Origin: Clostridia bacterium
Lineage (GTDB): Bacteria > Bacillota > Clostridia > TANB77 > CAG-465
DNA length: 64,000 bases
Direction of reading: 5' to 3'
Assembly: GCA_036635835.1 (NCBI GenBank)
Contig: JAVWPP010000002.1
Span: forward strand, 4,990 to 68,989
Shown here: one piece after another, positions 57,902 to 64,000 of the stretch
How the letters are laid out: every line of letters begins with the position of its first letter
Numbering within the stretch: position 1 is the first letter of the stretch
Position numbers and translations under genes: made by a program
The notes under the pieces: model-generated
What the model was told of the DNA's origin: nothing
Seen by the model: the letters and a program-made list of their open reading frames with translations, nothing else
Database searches by the model: none

Positions 57902-58231
57902 ATGGGATTTAAAAAAACAATAACAATATCTATGGTAGTTGCATTTATAGCATTTTGCTTATCTGGAATTGTATTTGCAGAAGGACTGCCTAAAACAGAC
58001 GATGTAGTATATGATAGCGTGCTTGTAGCACTTGATTACATACAAAAGTATTCATGGCCAATAGCTTTTCTATTTTTTATATTTGCTTTATATAAATTTT
58101 ATATTTTAGGTGCTGAAACTTTAGCACATAGAATAGTAGGGCAAAGAATGGTAATAGGAACAGCGCTGTTTTTAGCACTTGCACAATGGATGCCATTAAT
58201 ATATGCATTTATAATTTTGGCAGATAAATAA
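57902..58231 (+). CDS. small secreted 2-TM protein, pilin-like (VirB2/TrbC-like topology)
   Basis: Signal peptide MGFKKTITISMVVAFIAFCLSGIVFA followed by two hydrophobic helices. ATG follows aaggag. Confidence 0.45.
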   Translation: MGFKKTITISMVVAFIAFCLSGIVFAEGLPKTDDVVYDSVLVALDYIQKYSWPIAFLFFIFALYKFYILGAETLAHRIVGQRMVIGTALFLALAQWMPLIYAFIILADK

Positions 58232-58261
58232 AAAAAGTAGTACCTAAGGAAGGTGAAAAAT

Positions 58262-60025
58262 ATGAGAGTTTTATTTGGATTCAATAAAGACGATATAGCA
58301 AAGTCCATAGCAAATTTCTATGAACAAAAATTTAGTGAAAAATTGGAACAAAAGACTGTGTATTATTATAAGAGCATAATCGAAGAAGTTTCAAAAAATG
58401 ATTATGATAGATTAGTAATTTTAGAGGAATTAGAGCAGTTTCCAGTGAATAATTACGCGCAAATTGATGAATATTTATTTAAAAATATAGACAGAATAAC
58501 TGACGAATTTGATGCAAAAAATATTATATTTATAGCTTCAGATAGAAGAAGAATTGGTGATGAATTTTTAAGTAAATTATTTAACCTTGGCGTATATAAT
58601 GTTCTTACAGGACAAGATAGAATAAAAAGTAGAGTTACTGAAATAATAAAGACACCAAAGTCTAAAAAAGATGTTAAACAGTACTATGAAAATAGTGCTG
58701 GCAATAATGTGTACCAATCTAATGAAGTATCTGAACTTGAAATACAGAAAATACTAGTGTATTACCGTAATTTAGGCAATGACACTTCAAAATATGTTGA
58801 AACATTTGATAGAGTATCTGAGCAATATACCGGAGAACAAATGCGTATAATAATTAATTTTCTACCTCAGAACGTTAGAACATTTTTAAGAGAAAATAGT
58901 GAAAAATATAAAGGCATTTTACAAGTTGGTGAAATTAATATACCAGAACAAGTAGAAAAACAAACTATGGTGCCAATACAACCTGTACAAAAGCAGCATA
59001 ACAAAGCTCCAGCTCCACCGGTTGTACAAATACAAAAACAGCCTGAAATAGTTGAAAAGATTGTTATCAAGCAGGTTCAATCACCACCAAAAGTAATAAC
59101 AGAAGTAGTTGAAAGAGAAGTAGTTAAGTCTGTTTATCAGGTACCTAAAGACTATAAAAAAATGGTTTGTTTAGTTGGGCCTCCAAAGTCAGGAACAACA
59201 TTTTGTGTTAATGCACTTACAACAAATTATACAAGAAAAAATATAAAAACAGCAATTGTAGATATGACAAGAAAAAGAGACACATTTACAATGTATACAT
59301 ATGATAATGAAGGCAAAAGATCTATTGCGGCAGAAAGTTTAAAATATGCTTCTAATGGATTAAACGAACCATTAGTATATGGACCATTAAGTATATATAC
59401 ATCAATGCCAGGCGAAGAAAGAAGAACTTATGGACATACTAAAATAGTAGACGTTGTAAAAATGCACAATTCAGTTGTATTAGTTGATTGTGATTTTACA
59501 ACACCATATGAGTATTATAGAATGGCACAAGAAATTTATTTGATTCAAGATATGGACATATTAAACGTTGGGCAAACAACATTGTTTTTAAGAGAGTTAA
59601 AAAACAAAGGAATACCTTTAAACAAAGTAAAAGTAGTAATTAATAAACATATTAAATGTAAGCTAACAGCTAGAGATTTAATAGATGGAATTGCTACATA
59701 TACAACTCCAGATCTTAAATCATATGATGAGCTATTTAGCGTAGATAAAATGGAATACTTTACGTTACCATTTGAAACTGAAAACTATGCTAAATATGTT
59801 GAAATGATGTATAAATATTCAAATTTATTTTCGAGTTTTACTAAAAACTTTCAAGAAGATTTAGATGTATTAGCAAACGCAATATATCCAGTAAGTAATT
59901 CTGTAACAAAGTCACCTTCAACACATAAAGTACAAAAGCAAGGTGGAATGAGAAACAGCTATAATAAAATGAGAGATTATACTGCTTCAAACGGAAATGG
60001 AGATTTTGAGACAACAATTCAGTAG
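58262..60025 (+). CDS. CpaE/TadZ-like protein with pseudo-receiver N-terminal domain, Pro/Gln-rich linker and a ParA/MinD-like domain with a non-canonical P-loop
   Basis: MRVLFGF...NIIFIASD receiver-like region. Linker PIQPVQKQHNKAPAPPVVQIQKQP. MVCLVGPPKSGTTFCVNAL occupies the position of Walker A KGGVGKTT. VVLVDCDF is Walker-B-like. Confidence 0.4.
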   Translation: MRVLFGFNKDDIAKSIANFYEQKFSEKLEQKTVYYYKSIIEEVSKNDYDRLVILEELEQFPVNNYAQIDEYLFKNIDRITDEFDAKNIIFIASDRRRIGDEFLSKLFNLGVYNVLTGQDRIKSRVTEIIKTPKSKKDVKQYYENSAGNNVYQSNEVSELEIQKILVYYRNLGNDTSKYVETFDRVSEQYTGEQMRIIINFLPQNVRTFLRENSEKYKGILQVGEINIPEQVEKQTMVPIQPVQKQHNKAPAPPVVQIQKQPEIVEKIVIKQVQSPPKVITEVVEREVVKSVYQVPKDYKKMVCLVGPPKSGTTFCVNALTTNYTRKNIKTAIVDMTRKRDTFTMYTYDNEGKRSIAAESLKYASNGLNEPLVYGPLSIYTSMPGEERRTYGHTKIVDVVKMHNSVVLVDCDFTTPYEYYRMAQEIYLIQDMDILNVGQTTLFLRELKNKGIPLNKVKVVINKHIKCKLTARDLIDGIATYTTPDLKSYDELFSVDKMEYFTLPFETENYAKYVEMMYKYSNLFSSFTKNFQEDLDVLANAIYPVSNSVTKSPSTHKVQKQGGMRNSYNKMRDYTASNGNGDFETTIQ

Positions 60026-60040
60026 TAAAAGGAGATAAAA

Positions 60041-61114
60041 ATGGAAATAGTATTAATTGTATTTGTAGTATTAATAATTGTTGTACTAGCACTAATAGCA
60101 CTACTTTCATATAAAAGTATGCAAGTTAAGTATTATAAAAAAATATCAAAAGAAGCAGATTCAGTTCTTATGCTTCAAAAAATGTTTGATTTAATGGGTT
60201 CTAATGTATCTGCAGAAGATAAATTATCTGAACTAAACGATATATTTAGAGAAATTTTTAACGCGGAGTACTCTACAATAGTATGGTTTGACGGGACAAG
60301 TAATGTAATAAAAGCTTCTAATGTAGAAGAAATGTATGCCGTATCTTTAGGAGAAGTAGCGCTAGAAAACGATTTTAAAGGTAATATAAAAAGAAATGTA
60401 GCAAAATATATTACTACAAGTAATTCATCAAAAACACTTATGTACAAAACAGCTATAGAAAGAAAAATAAGATCTATGGTATTTGCACCTATTTATGATA
60501 ACGCTTCGTTTTTAGGTTTTTGGATTTTAGAATCCACTATGCAAGGCGCTTTTGAAAAAATATCTAAAAAACAGCTTAGTATGCTTAAAGAAAATTTAGC
60601 AGTTTTCTTATCTAGTGTATTATCTCAAGAAAAAATAGAAAGAATAGAAGATACAGATAAACAAACTGGCCTATATAACAGTTTCTATTTGTTTTCTAAA
60701 GGACAGTATATAATAGAAAACGCAGATTCTACGACTTTCATAATGATAGCTTTCCCAGAACTTAAAAAAGTTAATGAGTATTATGGAAGAAAAACAGGAG
60801 ATAAATATTTAATTTCAGCAATAGAATATGTAAAAAATAGCGTAGGAAAAAATGCTGTATTAATTAGATATGCAAGTAGTAAAATACTTGTGCTTGCGCC
60901 TAATACAACGGCTAAATCCGCTGTACAAGGCATTGGTAAACTACAAAGTAGAATGAAAATGTATGGCGTAACATTACCAAACGGAAAAGTAGAAATAAAT
61001 TCTAGATTTGTTCTTTCAAATCATTTAAAACATACTAATATAGATAACACATTAAAAAATTTAGAGAATAAAATAGATGATATAAATTCAAAAGATAATA
61101 TTGCAATAATTTAG
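60041..61114 (+). CDS. membrane-anchored sensor with degenerate GGDEF domain
   Basis: N-terminal TM. DKQTGLYNSFYLF matches DxLTGLxNRR. NEYYGRKTGDKYL. RYASSKILVLAP occupies the position of RYGGEEF, so the GGDEF motif is replaced by ASSKI. Confidence 0.5.
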   Translation: MEIVLIVFVVLIIVVLALIALLSYKSMQVKYYKKISKEADSVLMLQKMFDLMGSNVSAEDKLSELNDIFREIFNAEYSTIVWFDGTSNVIKASNVEEMYAVSLGEVALENDFKGNIKRNVAKYITTSNSSKTLMYKTAIERKIRSMVFAPIYDNASFLGFWILESTMQGAFEKISKKQLSMLKENLAVFLSSVLSQEKIERIEDTDKQTGLYNSFYLFSKGQYIIENADSTTFIMIAFPELKKVNEYYGRKTGDKYLISAIEYVKNSVGKNAVLIRYASSKILVLAPNTTAKSAVQGIGKLQSRMKMYGVTLPNGKVEINSRFVLSNHLKHTNIDNTLKNLENKIDDINSKDNIAII

Positions 61115-61155
61115 TAATTATGATAATATAGAAGTATAATATAAGGAGGTTTCAT

Positions 61156-61401
61156 ATGGAACAAAATACAACAGTTTTTAGTCCTCAAAAGGATGATAAA
61201 GAAAACATAAAAGAAATAATGATGGAAGTGGTAGCTGCACTTAAAGATAAAGGATATGAACCTTCAAGTCAAATTATTGGTTATATTCTTTCAGGAGACC
61301 CTACATATATAACTAGTCATCACAATGCAAGAGCATTAATTTGCAAAATTGAAAGAGATGATTTGTTAGAAGATATGGTTAAAAAGTATTTAGAGCTATA
61401 A
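61156..61401 (+). CDS. ireB: UPF0297/IreB-family protein
   Basis: KGYEPSSQIIGYILSGDPTYITSHHNARALICKIERDDLLEDMVKKYL parallels B. subtilis YrzL. Confidence 0.7.
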   Translation: MEQNTTVFSPQKDDKENIKEIMMEVVAALKDKGYEPSSQIIGYILSGDPTYITSHHNARALICKIERDDLLEDMVKKYLEL

Positions 61402-61454
61402 TTAAATAAATAGGACTAGCTATGCTAGTTCTATTTTGCATAAAGGAGAAAAAG

Positions 61455-61874
61455 ATGGGTAGAATATTAGCAATAGACTATGGTGAAAAAAGAGTTGGCG
61501 TTGCCATAACAGATCCTTTGGGATATACCGCGCAAGGCTTGCCTACTATAGAAATTAACGGTAGTGATAAGAAGTTTTTTAAAGCAATTGAAGCGCTAGT
61601 TAAAGAAAAAGAGATAACTGAAATAGTTATAGGTTATCCAAAGCATATGAATGGAGATATTTCAGATAAAGCAAGAAAAATAGATACTTTTATACCAAGG
61701 CTTGAGACTTTGGTTAAAGTAGTAGCAAAATGGGATGAGAGACTAACAACGGCTGCAAGCTATGGTGTAATGCGAGAACTTGGAATTAAACAAACACAAA
61801 AAAATATTTATGCAGATAAGCTAGCAGCAACATATATTTTAGAAGGATATATGTCTAAAAAAAAGAATATTTAA
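61455..61874 (+). CDS. ruvX: Holliday junction resolvase-like YqgF/RuvX
   Basis: MGRILAIDYGEKRVGVAITD. Start after aaaggag. Confidence 0.8.
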   Translation: MGRILAIDYGEKRVGVAITDPLGYTAQGLPTIEINGSDKKFFKAIEALVKEKEITEIVIGYPKHMNGDISDKARKIDTFIPRLETLVKVVAKWDERLTTAASYGVMRELGIKQTQKNIYADKLAATYILEGYMSKKKNI

Positions 61875-61959
61875 GTTTTATGTAAAAACTAATGACAAAA
61901 ACGAGTTTATATGTTAAAATGAAAGGGTCTTATTAATTAAGATTAAAGGAGAGAATAAA

Positions 61960-62316
61960 ATGAGCGAAAATGAAGTAGAATGCAATGGCGTATGTAATGG
62001 ATGCCCATGTCATGGGGAACATACACAAGAAGAACCAGAATTTGATGGAAAAGTAACATTAGTTGACGAAGATGGAAACGAAGTAGATTTTGAAGTTATA
62101 GATGCTGTGTTATTAGAAGAAAATGAATATATCATAGTAGCACCTGCTGAGTCAATTACAGAAGATGCAGATATTGAAGTTGTAGTTTTAAAAGTAGATA
62201 ATGTTGATGGAGAAGAATCATATGTAACTGTTACAGATGATGAAGAGTTTGATAAAGTATTTAAAGCATTCCAAAAACAAAACGAAGATGAATTAAATTT
62301 TTCAGAAGAAAAATAA
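61960..62316 (+). CDS. DUF1292 (YrzB-like) protein
   Basis: Acidic small protein with the VDFEVIDAVLLEENEYIIVAP pattern. The order ireB-ruvX-yrzB is conserved as in B. subtilis. Confidence 0.6.
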   Translation: MSENEVECNGVCNGCPCHGEHTQEEPEFDGKVTLVDEDGNEVDFEVIDAVLLEENEYIIVAPAESITEDADIEVVVLKVDNVDGEESYVTVTDDEEFDKVFKAFQKQNEDELNFSEEK

Positions 62317-62426
62317 TTAAATTGGCTATACATTATATGTATGGCCTTTTTTCTACCCTTGCTGTTGTAAAAGTTACATAAAAATGATATAATAGATACA
62401 TGAAATAAACACTGAAAGGAATAAAA

Positions 62427-63683
62427 ATGAATATATTAGAAGAAAAAATGGGAATTAAAAAAGAATTAATAGAGCTTGCAGCTAAAGTAGAATTAGAGCT
62501 ACAAGATGAGTTTAAAAAAGTAGAAGAAATAGCTTTTCAAAATCAGGTAAAAGTGCTACATAGCATGCAAAAATTTGGACTTGCAGAAATGCATTTTGGA
62601 AAATCTACAGGTTATGGTTATGACGATATAGGTAGAGAATTAATAGAAAAAGTATACGCAGATATTTTTGAAGCAGAAGATGCGCTTGTAAGAATTCAGT
62701 TTGTTAACGGAACTCATGCACTTTCTACTGCAATGTTTGGCGTGCTTAGACCAGGAGATAATATACTTAGTTTAAACGGTAGGCCATACGATACAATTTG
62801 CGGAGTTATTGGTATAGTTCCTAACAATTCATCTTTAGATAAGTTTGGTGTTGGATATGACCAAATAGATTTAAAAGATGAAAATTTTGATGAAGAAAAA
62901 ATAGTAGAATATTTAAAAAACAATAAAGTTAAATTAGCAATAATACAAAGATCTAAAGGATATGCATGGAGAAAGTCTTTATATATTGAAGATATAGAGC
63001 AAATAATTAAAAAAGTAAAAGAAGTATCTCCAGAAACAATAGTAATGGTGGATAACTGTTATGGGGAACTTGTAGATCTTAGAGAACCAGTAGTTGTAGG
63101 AGCAGATTTAGTAGTAGGAAGTTTAATTAAAAATCTAGGTGGTGGACTTGCAGAAATGGGTTCGTTTATTGTAGGTAAAAAAGAATATATTGAGCTTTGC
63201 GCAGAAAGGCTTACTTGTCCTGGTATTGGTAAAGAATGCGGAGCTACGCTTGGGCAAAATAAGAACATACTACAAGGTCTTTTCCTAAGCCCTAACGTTG
63301 TAAAAGAAGCTGTTAAAACTGCTATATTTACAGCTAAAATGTGCGAAGAATTAGGGTATGAGGTAATGCCTAGATATAATGAAAAAAGATCAGATATAAT
63401 TCAAGCTATTAAGTTTAATGATAGAGAAAAATTAATTAAATTTATACAAGGAATACAAAGCGGAAGTCCTGTAGATAACAATGTTAGACCAATTCCATGG
63501 GCAATGCCTGGCTATGAAGATGAGGTTATAATGGCAGCTGGTACTTTTGTGCAAGGAGCGTCTATTGAGCTATCTGCAGATAGTCCTATAAGGCCGCCAT
63601 ATGTTGCATATATGCAAGGTGGACTTACATATATAAGCGCAAAAATTGCTGTTTTAAAAGCTTTACAGAATATAATGGAGTAA
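62427..63683 (+). CDS. YnbB/aluminium-resistance family PLP-dependent enzyme (Met_gamma_lyase-like)
   Basis: HFGKSTGYGYDDIGRE and the length match the family. Confidence 0.6.
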   Translation: MNILEEKMGIKKELIELAAKVELELQDEFKKVEEIAFQNQVKVLHSMQKFGLAEMHFGKSTGYGYDDIGRELIEKVYADIFEAEDALVRIQFVNGTHALSTAMFGVLRPGDNILSLNGRPYDTICGVIGIVPNNSSLDKFGVGYDQIDLKDENFDEEKIVEYLKNNKVKLAIIQRSKGYAWRKSLYIEDIEQIIKKVKEVSPETIVMVDNCYGELVDLREPVVVGADLVVGSLIKNLGGGLAEMGSFIVGKKEYIELCAERLTCPGIGKECGATLGQNKNILQGLFLSPNVVKEAVKTAIFTAKMCEELGYEVMPRYNEKRSDIIQAIKFNDREKLIKFIQGIQSGSPVDNNVRPIPWAMPGYEDEVIMAAGTFVQGASIELSADSPIRPPYVAYMQGGLTYISAKIAVLKALQNIME

Positions 63684-63689
63684 AAATTA

Positions 63690-64000
63690 ATGAATAAAAT
63701 ATGTGTAATAGGTGCAGGTGCAGCTGGAATTATTTCAGCTATTGAAGCGGCTAAATCAAATAATGAAGTATATTTAATAGAAAAAAATGATCAGCTTGGT
63801 AAAAAGCTAAGAATAACTGGAAAAGGTAGATGTAATATTACGTTTCAAGGAGATCAAAAGCAGTTTATGGACAATTTACTTGTAAACAGTAAGTTTATGT
63901 ACAGCGCTTTTAAATCTTTTAGCAATTTAGATGTTGTAGATTTCTTTAATTCAATTGGCGTAGATACTAAGATTGAGCGTGGTAATAGGGTGTTTCCTGT
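63690..64000 (+). CDS. flavoprotein, HI0933/YhiN family (partial, runs off window)
   Basis: FAD-binding GxGxxG ICVIGAGAAGIISA. The ORF continues past the end of the window. Confidence 0.6.
   Translation, partial: MNKICVIGAGAAGIISAIEAAKSNNEVYLIEKNDQLGKKLRITGKGRCNITFQGDQKQFMDNLLVNSKFMYSAFKSFSNLDVVDFFNSIGVDTKIERGNRVFP

Noticed and set aside
1-64000. CRISPR arrays, integrases, transposases, prophage or plasmid modules
   Set aside because: I found no short direct-repeat arrays, no Cas-like proteins and no recombinase or transposase motifs in any long ORF. The tRNA-Pro flank carries a single orphan gene but no attachment-site duplication of the tRNA 3' end that I could see.

Overview
This window comes from a very AT-rich (about 27-28% GC) endospore-forming Firmicute, most likely a Clostridium-like member of the Clostridia. 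The spore-former call rests on an alpha/beta-type SASP gene, a SipL/SpoVID-like LysM protein, a YunB-like protein and a SpoIIAA/SpoIIAB-like pair. Coding density is high and almost all genes sit on the + strand.

The housekeeping backbone I can support is: tRNA-Pro(UGG), acpS, metG, lepB, holB, ricT(yaaT), a 55-aa 2x[4Fe-4S] ferredoxin that the ORF track missed, ruvA, a FemAB-family transferase, ftsE/ftsX followed by two coiled-coil M23 peptidases, mecA, rpsF-ssb-rpsR, polC, hpf, rluD and rluB/rsuA, rpsU, ctpA, veg, rpsI/rplM, ireB-ruvX-DUF1292 and ynbB.

Accessory regions worth attention:
- An atypical Tad/Flp-like pilus module (TadB/C-like, Flp-like pilin, CpaB-like, a stand-alone CheY-like receiver, two TadE-like pseudopilins) with no CpaF ATPase in the window.
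- A sortase-B island encoding three paralogous repeat-domain surface proteins. One ends in NPNTG with no membrane anchor.
- A 937-aa surface protein anchored by 4 TM helices and carrying VEPVQP repeats.
- A 730-bp non-coding region with a GC-rich core, a perfect 16-bp palindrome and terminator hairpins on both strands.
- A Wzm/Wzt-type glycan export cluster with a WbdD/WsaE-like methyltransferase fusion and paralogous FDIFDTL/DIGWRGS domains, plus a nearby O-antigen-ligase-family protein with a TPR-like tail.
- A module of degenerate c-di-GMP proteins: HD plus an EAL-like domain in which the EAL triad is replaced by EGY, and a domain whose GGDEF motif is replaced by ASSKI. These sit next to a CpaE/TadZ-like protein with a non-canonical P-loop and a pilin-like 2-TM protein.

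All protein calls come from reading the translated ORFs and matching motifs by eye. No database search was run.
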